DNA from: Nostoc sp. DedSLP01
Lineage (GTDB): Bacteria > Cyanobacteriota > Cyanobacteriia > Cyanobacteriales > Nostocaceae
Direction of reading: 5' to 3'
Assembly (NCBI GenBank): GCA_034530875.2
Contig: JAVRCJ020000019.1
Location: 64,001-128,000 of the forward strand
Length of the DNA: 64,000 bases
Of this stretch, positions 42,345 through 52,380 are shown one piece after another. The notes beneath the pieces were generated by a model, which worked only from the letters and a program-made list of their open reading frames with translations, was not told the DNA's origin and ran no database searches. Position 1 is the first letter of the stretch, and the number at the start of each line of letters is the position of its first letter. The position numbers were made by a program, and so were the translations under genes.

Positions 42345-43292
42345 CTAATAGTTATACTCAGGCTTGATATCTCGCAGCATTAGTTCATCAAGTGCTTGGC
42401 GTGGTGTAATATCACCTTGAAGTAAGCGATAAACTTGCTCGGTAATTGGCACAGCAATGTTTTGTTGCTTGGCTCGTTGTATCAAAACCCGACAAGTGTT
42501 AACTCCCTCAGCAGTTCCTTGTAAATTTGCGAGAATTTCTGTAAGTGTCTTACCACTAGCTAGCTGATAGCCGACTTGGTAATTGCGACTTAAGGGACTA
42601 TTGCAGGTTGCTAACAGATCTCCTAGACCCGATAAACCATAAAATGTTTCCGTCTTTGCGCCCCAGTCGTTACCGACGCGAATTATTTCTGTCAGTCCGC
42701 GGGTGACTAAAGCGGCTTTGGCATTGGTTCCTAGTTGTAAACCATCGCATACACCAGCAGCGATCGCAATCACATTTTTCAGAGTTCCCCCCAGTTCTAC
42801 ACCAAGGGGATCGGGATTGGTGTATACCCGGAAACGATTGGAAGAAAATACCAACTGCACTAGTTCAGCAGCCGTGGGAATATTACTAGCTACCACGGTT
42901 GCTGCTGGTAGTTGCATTTCAATTTCTTTAGATAAATTCGGCCCTGACAGAACAACTACTGCATGGTTAGGGAATATTGTTTGCCAAATTTGGGATGGCG
43001 TACAGGTGGTTTGGGGGTCTAAGCCTTTCGTTGCTGTGATAAAAATTGTCTCTGGAGAAACAGAGAAAGACTGGACTTGGGAAGCAACATCTCTGACACC
43101 AGTCATGGAAATAGCCGACAGGACTATTTGGACATCTTTTAGTACTGCTTCCAGAGTTTGGGAACCGTGACGCGACCAGAGATGCACCTCATGGCCATTT
43201 GCAGCTGCTAGATTTGCCAGCGCCATACCCCAAGCACCCGCACCCAGAATTGCAATAGAGAATTTTGAGTTGGAGTGTATCTGCTCGCTCAT
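42345..43292 (-). CDS. gpsA: NAD(P)H-dependent glycerol-3-phosphate dehydrogenase
   Basis: GAGAWG, SGPN, GVELGGTLKN, GLGDL, SRNY. Confidence 0.95.
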   Translation of the reverse strand: MSEQIHSNSKFSIAILGAGAWGMALANLAAANGHEVHLWSRHGSQTLEAVLKDVQIVLSAISMTGVRDVASQVQSFSVSPETIFITATKGLDPQTTCTPSQIWQTIFPNHAVVVLSGPNLSKEIEMQLPAATVVASNIPTAAELVQLVFSSNRFRVYTNPDPLGVELGGTLKNVIAIAAGVCDGLQLGTNAKAALVTRGLTEIIRVGNDWGAKTETFYGLSGLGDLLATCNSPLSRNYQVGYQLASGKTLTEILANLQGTAEGVNTCRVLIQRAKQQNIAVPITEQVYRLLQGDITPRQALDELMLRDIKPEYNY

Positions 43293-43311
43293 AACTCCTA
43301 ATTCCTAACTC

Positions 43312-44196
43312 CTAACTCCCAACTTTTGAGCGCGGATAACGTTCCATTAATTCCCTGACTTGTTCTGCATGATATGAGCTTCTTGTCAATGGTGAAGAAA
43401 CTACTTGTAAAAATCCTATTTCTTCGCCGAATGCCTTCCAAGCAGCAAATTGTTCTGGGTGGATAAATTCATTTACTTTCAGGTGTTTTTGACTGGGTTG
43501 GAGGTATTGCCCAATTGTTAAAATATCGCAATCTACAGAGCGTAAGTCTTGCATCACTTGGCGGATTTCGGCGTCAGTTTCACCGAGTCCAACCATAATA
43601 CCCGATTTAGTGTAGGTGCTCTTAGAAAGTTGGCGAGTTCGCTGCAATAATTCTAATGTGCGATCGTAGTTTCCTTGGGGACGCACCCGGCGATACAAGC
43701 GGGGAACGGTTTCTGTGTTATGGTTTAACACCTCCGGCGCAGCTTGTAAAATCACCTCTAAAGCATCCCAATTACCGCACAAGTCAGGAATTAGCACTTC
43801 AATTGTGGTGTTGGGTGAGACATTACGAACTGCATCAATACACCCTACAAATTGAGATGCACCACCATCTGGTAAATCATCTCGGTTTACAGAAGTGATT
43901 ACCACATGATTAAGTTTCATCCGGCGAACAGCTTGGGCTAGTCGTGCTGGTTCTGTGGGATCTAGTGCTTTGGGTTTTTTCTCGAAATCAATATCGCAGT
44001 AGGGACAAGCACGCGTACAAGCCGGCCCCATAATCAAAAACGTGGCAGTACCAGCGTTGAAGCATTCACCAATATTCGGACACGAAGCTTCCTCGCAAAC
44101 TGTATTGAGGGCTAAATCCTGCAAAATGTCTTTAACGTTACCGATGCGCTCGCGCTGAGGTGCTTTTACCCGCAACCAGTCTGGTTTTACAGTCAC
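43312..44196 (-). CDS. lipA: Lipoyl synthase
   Basis: [26 protein letters not shown]. Confidence 0.97.
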   Translation of the reverse strand: MTVKPDWLRVKAPQRERIGNVKDILQDLALNTVCEEASCPNIGECFNAGTATFLIMGPACTRACPYCDIDFEKKPKALDPTEPARLAQAVRRMKLNHVVITSVNRDDLPDGGASQFVGCIDAVRNVSPNTTIEVLIPDLCGNWDALEVILQAAPEVLNHNTETVPRLYRRVRPQGNYDRTLELLQRTRQLSKSTYTKSGIMVGLGETDAEIRQVMQDLRSVDCDILTIGQYLQPSQKHLKVNEFIHPEQFAAWKAFGEEIGFLQVVSSPLTRSSYHAEQVRELMERYPRSKVGS

Positions 44197-44334
44197 AATC
44201 TGCTTCTACCACTAAAGTTATACAAATTTTATGGTAGCAAGCAAAGCCTGTGCTGAAGTAACTATATATATAGATGTGATTTTGTCATTTGGCACGGGTT
44301 GTGATATTTTGGATTTATAGTGCCATTTTTTTGG

Positions 44335-44408
44335 CGGGATGTAGCGCAGCTTGGTAGCGCACTTCGTTCGGGACGAAGGGGCCGCTGGTTCGAATCCAGT
44401 CATCCCGA
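44335..44408 (+). tRNA. trnP: tRNA-Pro(CGG)
   Basis: Acceptor stem cgggatg/catcccg, anticodon arm cttcg-ttCGGga-cgaag, T-loop ggttcgaatcc. Confidence 0.97.
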
Positions 44409-44895
44409 TTTGTGTTGTAAGTTGATAGAATGTCTGTCTGTGTTGACAAGTCAGTTAACTATTATAGTGTATTGGGGTTACAAAGTATTGCACTTGTAGC
44501 TTTTATTATTGTTGTCACAAGCACAGGAGCGATCGCTTAAGCTTATGAAGTTCGACTCAAAAAGGGCGATGTCTGACGACAAGACGCTATACATCTACAC
44601 ATCTAGCGAAATGAAATTAAACGGTTTGAGATATAGAACCTGATACTTACTAAGATTCAGGATGATTTTACTGATAGAAAGCTGAAAATAAACAATCAGC
44701 ATCAACTAACCTTGAAAAAGAAATTTATAAATTTTTTACTTCTCAACTGGCATTTTTCGTTAGCAGCGGTAGAATTTTTTGATGAACTATTTTATATTTT
44801 CTGAAATTAGTCTAGAGTTTTTAACTGAATTTGAGTAAATTATAGTAATCGAGCTTTATTTTTGAAATTATCTAGCTAATTAGCATATTTTAATT

Positions 44896-45801
44896 ATGTA
44901 CCAAACTACTTTGAACCTCAAATATATCGAAAATACGGTCAATCCGGTATTTGCTAACCACGAAACTTTTCATCCCCGTTTTGGCTGGTTAAAAAAAGGA
45001 TTTGATGCTGCCAAGAAGAATCCTGGAATTTTTTTACAGGATGATGCAACCGTGCGTTTAGGTGTTGGTAAAAACATGGTACGCGCTATTCGCTATTGGT
45101 GTATTGCTTTTAAAATTCTTGATAAGAATAATTCACCAACAATATTTGGAGAAAAACTTTTAGGAGACAATGGATGGGACTCTTATTTAGAAGACCCGGC
45201 ATCATTATGGTTATTACATTGGAATTTGTTAAAACCTTCTTGTGACGCTGCTGCATGGTACTATGTTTTTAATGTATTTCGAGATTTAGAGTTTACAAAA
45301 GAAGATATTTTAGCAGGTTTGAAAGAATATATTGGCAATTTTAATAAAACTATTGCTGAATCTTCTTTTATCAAAGATATCAGTTGTATTCTGAGAATGT
45401 ATGCTACACAAGATTTTATTAGAGATAATGCCCCAATCGAAGATTCTATTGATTGCCCTTTTAACGAACTTGGTTTAATTCGTCATTTTGGTAAAAATTA
45501 TCAGTTTAAAATTGCTGCAAAAGCAAATTTACCCGTACAAATTATAGTCGCTACTTGTTTAGAATATGCTAGTCGAGAGGATAGCCAAACAATTAGTATT
45601 CCTCGTCTACTTTATGATGAAGGTAGTCCGGGGATGGTATTTAAATTGACAGAAAATATTTTATGTGCAGCTATTGAGAGTGTGGCGAAAGAATTTGATA
45701 CGATATTTCTTTCTGATACTGCTGGATTAATTCAGTTATCTTTTACTGATGAACCGGAAACTTTAGCTGAAAAAATTTTAGAACGATATTATGATTCTTG
45801 A
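44896..45801 (+). CDS. DUF4007 family protein (SspB/BrxA-like)
   Basis: FANHETFHPRFGWLKKG, LGVGKNMVRAIRYW, DSYLEDPASLWLLHW, DCPFNELGLI. Confidence 0.88.
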   Translation: MYQTTLNLKYIENTVNPVFANHETFHPRFGWLKKGFDAAKKNPGIFLQDDATVRLGVGKNMVRAIRYWCIAFKILDKNNSPTIFGEKLLGDNGWDSYLEDPASLWLLHWNLLKPSCDAAAWYYVFNVFRDLEFTKEDILAGLKEYIGNFNKTIAESSFIKDISCILRMYATQDFIRDNAPIEDSIDCPFNELGLIRHFGKNYQFKIAAKANLPVQIIVATCLEYASREDSQTISIPRLLYDEGSPGMVFKLTENILCAAIESVAKEFDTIFLSDTAGLIQLSFTDEPETLAEKILERYYDS

Positions 45802-45819
45802 TAAAAATTAAGTAAAGAT

Positions 45820-48800
45820 ATGAGTAATAAAAAACTATCCCATTATTTCAGTCTTCAGCGGCGCTATTCTCGTTCCATCAATTTAGAAAGAGATTTAGAT
45901 AGTGTAGAAGCATTAGAAGGTTACGTTCTGACTAAAAGAGCAATTGATTCTCTTGCACGTATTGTAAATAGTTTTAATTTTGATGAAGGAAATAGAGCTT
46001 GGACATTAACGAGTGTTTATGGAACTGGGAAATCTGCTTTTGCTCATTATTTAATTTCGCTATGTGCCAGTTATCAAAATAAAATGCACGTTAAAGCTTT
46101 AGCAATAGCTGAAGATAAATTAGGTAAAGATAGTGAAATTTATCAATTAATTAAAGACAAAATTTACTCGAAAGGATTAATTCGGGCTGTGGCTACGGGA
46201 CAAAGGGAACCGATTAGTCATACGATTATTAGGGCTTTGTTAAATGGTGTTGAAAGTTTTTGGACTACTAACCAAAGAAATAAAATCAATGTTGTTCGCC
46301 AATTAGTAGATTTAGAAGCAGAAATAAATGATGGCGGAACAGTTGATAGTAAAGAAATTCCTAATTTGGTATTAGAAGTAGCTAAGGAATCTCAAACTGG
46401 AATTTTTCTTGTTATTGATGAACTGGGTAAGAATTTAGAGTATGCTGCTCATGCTCAAGGAGATGAAGATTTATATCTTTTACAACAGTTAGCTGAATTA
46501 CCAAAAGATAGCAAAACTCCTATTTATATTTTAGGTATTTTACATCAAGCTTTCTCAGAATATGGACAACGATTAGCAACTGTTCAACGAAATGAATGGG
46601 CAAAGATTAAGGGTAGATTTGAAGATATTGCTTTTGCTGAGTCATCTGGACAAATGATGAGTTTAATTGGCCAAGCAATTGACTCTTCAGCAGCAGATGC
46701 AATAAGTTGTGCGATTAGTAATTACTCTGAGGAGTGGTTTCAATATTTAGAATCAAAAATTGTAGATGAAGAAGTAACTGATGAAGTTATCAAAGCAGTT
46801 TATCCTCTACATCCTTTATCTGCTTTGGCATTACCAGGCCTGTGTCAACGTTACGCTCAAAATGACCGTTCTTTATTCACGTTTTTAACTAGTAGGGAAC
46901 CTTTATCATTTCGTAATTTTTTAGAAGAAGTAACAGTTACAGATGATAATTTGCCAAGTCTGAAATTGGATCGAGTGTATGACTATTTTATTGAAGCGGC
47001 AGGAATGGGTTTAGCTTCTCGCCCTAATTTGCAAAGGTGGGTAGAAGTTCAAGATTTAATTAATGATGCTAAACGTTTAGAAGAAGATAGTCTAAGAGTA
47101 CTAAAAACTATTGGAATATTGAACCTAATTACAGTTACAGGTTCAATAAGAGCTACTAGAAATTTAGTATCTTTAGCAATGTGCGATCGCCCTTCTTCAA
47201 GTCAGATTAATTATTGGCAACAAATTATCGATAAATTACTAAAACAGAATTTAATTACTCATCGTCGTCAATTAGATGAATTGCGGATTTGGCAAGGTTC
47301 TGATTTTAATGTTGATAGTGAATTAAGTACATATATAGAACAAGAGCGATCGCCTTTAATTAAGCTGTTATCTCTCCATCGTCCTCTCAAGCCTTTAGTT
47401 GCACAACGTCACAGTTATCAAACGGGAACTTTGCGTTATTTTGAACGCCATTATTTAGATAATTCTCAAGATTTGAGCCAATTACGTTGTAGTAGCGTGG
47501 ATGCAGATGGTTTTGTTGGCTATTGGCTAGATGAAGAAATTCCTAATTTTGTTCCTCCTGCAACTAGCGATGGTAAGCCATTGGTGATTTTGAGTGCGGC
47601 TAACTTAGATATTTTGCGAATTCGTACCTTGGAATTTGTAGCTTTAAGTAATATCAAAAGAACGGCGAAAGAGTTACAAACTGATGGGGTAGCGAGAAAA
47701 GAGGTAAATTATCGGCTGCAAGAAGCTGAAGAATTTTTAGATGAAACTCTCAATCAATCCTTTAGTATCGGGGTAAATCGACAATGTTGGATTCAAGGAA
47801 AAGTTGAAATCCTCAACAACATTACTGATTTTAATAGTAAGCTTTCTGATATTTGCGATCGCGTTTACCATCGCAGTGCAATTTTATGGAATGAATTAAT
47901 TAACCGTCGAGATTTAACCTTTCAAGGAGTAAAGGCTAGACGAGAATTGATTCAGGCAATGTTGGAACATCAAAATGAAGAGAGATTAGCTTTAGAAGGT
48001 TACGGCCCTGAAGTTAGTATGTATTATTCTCTATTAGAAGAAACAGGAATTCATGCCTCCGGCACGCTGCGCGAACGTCAGGAAGATGGTTATTGGGATT
48101 TTTATCCACCATTGGAAAATTCCGGTTTGAATTCTCTGTGGGAAGCGGTTGAGAATTTTTGTTTAGCAGCAACAGAAAAAAGCCAAAGTTTTGATTTACT
48201 TTATCAAGATTTAGCAGCACCTCCATTCGGTGTGAAACAAGGTGCAATTCCCGTTATTTTAGCGGCTGTACTGTTGTATCATGCTGATGATTTAGGACTT
48301 TATCAAGACGGTACATTTATTCCTGTATTAGGAACGGAACATTTTGAATTATTAGTAAAATATCCCGAACGATTTGCAGTTAAGTATTTTGCAGTAGTTG
48401 GATTAAGGGCAGAAGTTTTCAAAGAATTGGAAGCTATTTTACGCAATCCTCAGTTAAAGAAATTGAGTAAAGTGCGTAACGCCACTTTGTTAACGGTGGT
48501 TACTCCTCTTTATCAATTTGTCAATAAGCTGCCTAAATATACTCAACAAACCCGACGTTTGACAGATGAACCCAGAGCCATTTTAAAAGCTTTAAAAACT
48601 ACTGTTGAACCGGATGAATTGTTATTCAAGACTTTACCAGCAGCTTGTAATTTGCCTGCAATTGGCACTGAAGACGGAGATGATGGTGTTACTGCGAAAA
48701 ACTTACGTACTAAATTAGTTCATGCCCTGAGAGAAATTCATACAGCTTACGATCGCTTGTTGAGTGATTGTCAAAAGCTGATTTATGAAGGCTTTGGCGT

Positions 48801-49344
48801 CAGAAGCCAGGAAACAAAACTTAGGGAAGATTTGCGGGTAAGGGCGAATTATTTAGCGGGAAAATGTATTGAACCTCTACTAAAACGCTTTATTAAAGCA
48901 GCATTGGATGAAACGAAGACTGATTCTCAATGGTTGGAAGCTTTGGTGATGATTGTGGCGGATAAACCCGCGGAATCGTGGACTGATGAGGATGCGATCG
49001 CTTTTGAGATGAAGTTAGCTGATTTGGTGCGACGTTTCAAGAATCTGGAAGCTTTGCAAAAGGAAGTCGCCGCCAAAGGGGAAGGTTTTGAAGCCCGACG
49101 AATTACTGTGACTCGCCCCGATGGTGAGGAATTCAATCAAATGGTATGGGTAGATCGTGGCAGAGAATCGCAGGTTGAGCAAATTGTTGACGAAATTCTG
49201 GCTAAATTACCTGGCGATCGCCAGTTACGACAAGCGATTTTAGCAAAATTGAGCGAACGAATTTTAAACCCTGATTTACCAGAGACAGTTACTAAGATTG
49301 ATGACAAGCGAACTGATGAAATAACCGGGACAAACTTCGGTTAA
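45820..49344 (+). CDS. Large P-loop ATPase (SspC/BrxC-like)
   Basis: RSINLERD, SVYGTGKS Walker A, LVIDELGK Walker B, YPLHP, QNDRSLFTFL, PPFGVK. Confidence 0.8.
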   Translation: MSNKKLSHYFSLQRRYSRSINLERDLDSVEALEGYVLTKRAIDSLARIVNSFNFDEGNRAWTLTSVYGTGKSAFAHYLISLCASYQNKMHVKALAIAEDKLGKDSEIYQLIKDKIYSKGLIRAVATGQREPISHTIIRALLNGVESFWTTNQRNKINVVRQLVDLEAEINDGGTVDSKEIPNLVLEVAKESQTGIFLVIDELGKNLEYAAHAQGDEDLYLLQQLAELPKDSKTPIYILGILHQAFSEYGQRLATVQRNEWAKIKGRFEDIAFAESSGQMMSLIGQAIDSSAADAISCAISNYSEEWFQYLESKIVDEEVTDEVIKAVYPLHPLSALALPGLCQRYAQNDRSLFTFLTSREPLSFRNFLEEVTVTDDNLPSLKLDRVYDYFIEAAGMGLASRPNLQRWVEVQDLINDAKRLEEDSLRVLKTIGILNLITVTGSIRATRNLVSLAMCDRPSSSQINYWQQIIDKLLKQNLITHRRQLDELRIWQGSDFNVDSELSTYIEQERSPLIKLLSLHRPLKPLVAQRHSYQTGTLRYFERHYLDNSQDLSQLRCSSVDADGFVGYWLDEEIPNFVPPATSDGKPLVILSAANLDILRIRTLEFVALSNIKRTAKELQTDGVARKEVNYRLQEAEEFLDETLNQSFSIGVNRQCWIQGKVEILNNITDFNSKLSDICDRVYHRSAILWNELINRRDLTFQGVKARRELIQAMLEHQNEERLALEGYGPEVSMYYSLLEETGIHASGTLRERQEDGYWDFYPPLENSGLNSLWEAVENFCLAATEKSQSFDLLYQDLAAPPFGVKQGAIPVILAAVLLYHADDLGLYQDGTFIPVLGTEHFELLVKYPERFAVKYFAVVGLRAEVFKELEAILRNPQLKKLSKVRNATLLTVVTPLYQFVNKLPKYTQQTRRLTDEPRAILKALKTTVEPDELLFKTLPAACNLPAIGTEDGDDGVTAKNLRTKLVHALREIHTAYDRLLSDCQKLIYEGFGVRSQETKLREDLRVRANYLAGKCIEPLLKRFIKAALDETKTDSQWLEALVMIVADKPAESWTDEDAIAFEMKLADLVRRFKNLEALQKEVAAKGEGFEARRITVTRPDGEEFNQMVWVDRGRESQVEQIVDEILAKLPGDRQLRQAILAKLSERILNPDLPETVTKIDDKRTDEITGTNFG

Positions 49345-49482
49345 GAGAAGCATTATGATGAGAAAAGAGAACAAAATAAGAACTTCAACTTCTTTGAAAA
49401 TTGAGGTATCTTAATCTCTCGAAATTCTGTCAAAAATCCAAGCAATTTTGGAGTAGTGCGATCGCACCAACTCCCCATATTT

Positions 49483-50367
49483 TTATCCTTGTTGTTGATT
49501 TAACCAAGTTTCTAAATCAGCAACACTAGAAAAGTCTAGTAAGGCTTCCCCTAAGTTTTCTAATTGTTCAATCGATAATCCTTGAATTCGTGCGATTAAT
49601 GATTGATTAATTTCCCCAATACGGCGATTGAGTTGACGCAATATTAAGTCTTGTTTTCCTTCTTGTTTCGCTTGTTCTCTAGCTCTTTGATAAAGTGGTT
49701 CTAAACGCATAATTAACTCCCGATCTTCTGTTTCTAATTCTTGATTTACGCTCAAGTTTTCACGTAAGTTGTAAACTAATTCAAGGGTTGCTTTCTGGTA
49801 TGGATGATTTAATGGTAACGCTTGCAGTTCGATAATCGCTTGTGACTGTACGTTTCCTCTACCTAAAAGCCTCAACCATAATGTCTCTGGTATTTGCGGT
49901 AGTTGATGTATTGCTATAATTGCTGTCCGCAGCGCATCTGGGAGAAAATGTACTCCTGATAACCAATCTGCTTTTTGCATAGTTACGAAACTAGACAATC
50001 TAGTTTCAGATACGGTTGGTGTCAGAATCCATAACTTGGGAATTTCTGAGTCTTGAAGTTTGCTTTTATTTGCTTTAGCTTGTTGCCGCAGTGAAGCTTT
50101 GACTTCTAATAGTTTTAGAATACAGTCGCAGATTTCATCAGTAGAAGCGGGATTGCGAAAGGGTTCTATGATTGCAGGATTTTCTGCAAATCTTCCTAGC
50201 AAACCGAGGATTTGTAAATTAGAGTTTTGCTGTTTAAAAGGAGTGAATAAAACGTCTATTTCTTTAATTTCTCCTGAGATTTTTTCTGAGGCTTTGATTT
50301 CTCCGTAATCTTTTAATAACTCTTCGAGATAGTCTTTGGCGAATTTGTCATGGATGAAGCGCGTCAT
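49483..50367 (-). CDS. Rpn-like protein with C-terminal DUF4351
   Basis: HDKFAKDYL, EIDVLF, IEPFRN, LILRQLNRRIG...LENLGEALLDF...LETWL. Confidence 0.85.
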   Translation of the reverse strand: MTRFIHDKFAKDYLEELLKDYGEIKASEKISGEIKEIDVLFTPFKQQNSNLQILGLLGRFAENPAIIEPFRNPASTDEICDCILKLLEVKASLRQQAKANKSKLQDSEIPKLWILTPTVSETRLSSFVTMQKADWLSGVHFLPDALRTAIIAIHQLPQIPETLWLRLLGRGNVQSQAIIELQALPLNHPYQKATLELVYNLRENLSVNQELETEDRELIMRLEPLYQRAREQAKQEGKQDLILRQLNRRIGEINQSLIARIQGLSIEQLENLGEALLDFSSVADLETWLNQQQG

Positions 50368-50421
50368 TAAATTAGGATTCCTCTTTTAAATTATCAAGAG
50401 TTGGCGCGAAATCGCCCCCAT

Positions 50422-50625
50422 TGCTGCCAACTTAACGCGAAACGGGCGGTTAGAAACCGCGTCTATACAAACAAAACCCACCTACCCTTCGGGAACGCCA
50501 AGGGCGAACGTGGGTTTCAAAACTCTGGTTTTCCATTAGTCCGCGTTGGCGGACTTCTCTACGAGACGCTACGCGAACGCCTGTGTAGCTGCGAATTCTA
50601 TTCGCCACGGCTTAATTTGACACCA
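50422..50625. mobile_element. MITE carrying two small-dispersed-repeat insertions
   Basis: TIR tgctgccaacttaa / ttaatttgacacca; internal 24-nt (50485-50508) and 21-nt (50557-50577) ...gcgaa elements. Confidence 0.7.
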
Positions 50626-50659
50626 ATGAATCGCCCCAACTCCCTATACTTTCTATTTC

Positions 50660-50908
50660 CTAGATTTGTTGTCTAATTAATACACTTACTACATCGCCTG
50701 ATTCACCTAAACTACCTGCTACTACAGGTTTAGACCAAGAACCTACTTCTGCATAACCTGTAGTATGCAACCGATGAATAGTCTTCTTCACTATATTAGG
50801 ACTACCGACTAATATGTGTTTGATCTTTTCTCTGCTTACCGGGATTTGATTGCTGCTGTCATCTTCTAATTTGATAAATTCTTCTGCCATAACGCACCTG
50901 TTTAACAT
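50660..50908 (-). CDS. Small hypothetical cyanobacterial protein
   Basis: REKIKHILVGSP...TIHRLH..GYAEV..WS motif; divergent from the HTH-HNH gene. Confidence 0.65.
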   Translation of the reverse strand: MLNRCVMAEEFIKLEDDSSNQIPVSREKIKHILVGSPNIVKKTIHRLHTTGYAEVGSWSKPVVAGSLGESGDVVSVLIRQQI

Positions 50909-50915
50909 TATCTCT

Positions 50916-50943
50916 AATTTGTTATCATTTATGATAACAAATT
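50916..50943. promoter_or_regulatory. Perfect palindromic operator
   Basis: aatttgttatcat-tt-atgataacaaatt, with a weaker gttatcat half-site at about 50954. Confidence 0.7.
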
Positions 50944-50991
50944 TGGTGTAAAAGTTATCATAAAAGTTAATAAAATTCTGATTGCTATCCT

Positions 50992-52380
50992 GTGATAATG
51001 GAAATCATGGGAAAAGCAGGACAAGCACTCAAACAGGTTTTAGAGTCTTACAACATCAGCCAAAGCCAACTAGCGACAGGTTTAGGTGTTGAGCGTCCGA
51101 TTGTCTTCCGTTGGTATCATGAAAAAATTGATCCTACTGCTGAAACTGTTGCAGAAATTGTCAAGGCGTTAAATAAGATTAATCAATCAGCCGCAAATGA
51201 TTTTATTCAAGTATATTTAGGAGATTTAATCTTATTTAAAAATTCAATCATCAATCAGGACTTACCACTGTCAGAGAAAGTTAATGTTACAGTTTTATCC
51301 CAAATATTTAACAACATCACTAACTCTTATAAATATCTTTATTTTTTATCAACCTTAGATATTATCAAAAGAAGAAATTTTGATACTTTATCGCCTATTA
51401 GCTTTCGAGAAATTATTGTTGAAATGTTAGCTAATGCTTGGTATCCTCACAATTATTTTAAACTGTCTTTTGGGAAGCAAGACCAAATAGCTAATAAATT
51501 AGACGCTCTTGAACTAGATATTACAGAACCAATTTTAAAGTTTAGAGATCCAAATAAAAAACTTTTGCGTACAGCTATTAATAACCAAAATCTCGATGAT
51601 ATTGTTATTTCAATTAATCGCTATGTGTCTTATCGTTTAATTCGTCCTTTCTTTTTTCAAGAAACAAGGGGCTTAAAAGATTATGATGTTAATCCCACTA
51701 TTATTAACTTAGCCAACAATCAATTTGATACTAAAAAGTCTTTATATTGCTTTAATGCTGAAGACCAGAAAAAGTGTAACGCCATTATTTTACATCCCGA
51801 TTGGATTCAGTATTTAGAGGAAAATTATACAATAGTTAGGGGCTGGGCATCTTGGGAATGGTTAAATTATATGCAGCAGAGAAATCCCAGTACCCCTAAT
51901 GTAGTTAATAAATTATTTATGCCACAAGAGAGAGATTCTCTAGGTAATCAAACTAAATATTGGAAAATCATTTTAGATCGTCAAGAGATTGAATGTATTT
52001 ATTCTAAATTTAAATTAAATAAGGATGAAATTTCTTTAGATCATTATTTGCCTTGGTCTTTTGTCGCTCATGACCAATTATGGAATTTAATTCCGACTAC
52101 AAAATCTGTGAATTCTTCTAAATCTAATAATTTACCATCAGAAAAATATTTCCGTGACTTTGTATCATTACAACATTTAGGGTTAACCATTTATAAGCAA
52201 AATGTTTCTCAAATAAAATGGTTAAATGATATTGAATCTTTTGTTGCAGAATTGAAAGTTGATCGACCAGATGATTTATTAAATTTAGAAATTCTGATGA
52301 ATGTTTATACAAAAACTATACAACCTTTGATTTCTTTAGCAACTCTCCAAGGTTTTAGCCCTGATTGGGTTTACGTCTAA
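50992..52380 (+). CDS. XRE-HTH fused HNH endonuclease
   Basis: N-terminal HTH (ISQSQLATGLGVERPIVFRW), TNSYKY domain, C-terminal CIYS...SLDHYLPW...LWNL...NSSKSN. Confidence 0.85.
   Translation: MIMEIMGKAGQALKQVLESYNISQSQLATGLGVERPIVFRWYHEKIDPTAETVAEIVKALNKINQSAANDFIQVYLGDLILFKNSIINQDLPLSEKVNVTVLSQIFNNITNSYKYLYFLSTLDIIKRRNFDTLSPISFREIIVEMLANAWYPHNYFKLSFGKQDQIANKLDALELDITEPILKFRDPNKKLLRTAINNQNLDDIVISINRYVSYRLIRPFFFQETRGLKDYDVNPTIINLANNQFDTKKSLYCFNAEDQKKCNAIILHPDWIQYLEENYTIVRGWASWEWLNYMQQRNPSTPNVVNKLFMPQERDSLGNQTKYWKIILDRQEIECIYSKFKLNKDEISLDHYLPWSFVAHDQLWNLIPTTKSVNSSKSNNLPSEKYFRDFVSLQHLGLTIYKQNVSQIKWLNDIESFVAELKVDRPDDLLNLEILMNVYTKTIQPLISLATLQGFSPDWVYV

Noticed and set aside
44218..44403. 61-aa ORF MTGFEPAAPSSRTKCATKLRY
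   Set aside because: Antisense translation of tRNA-Pro.
50401..50676. 91-aa ORF
   Set aside because: Lies almost entirely within a MITE.
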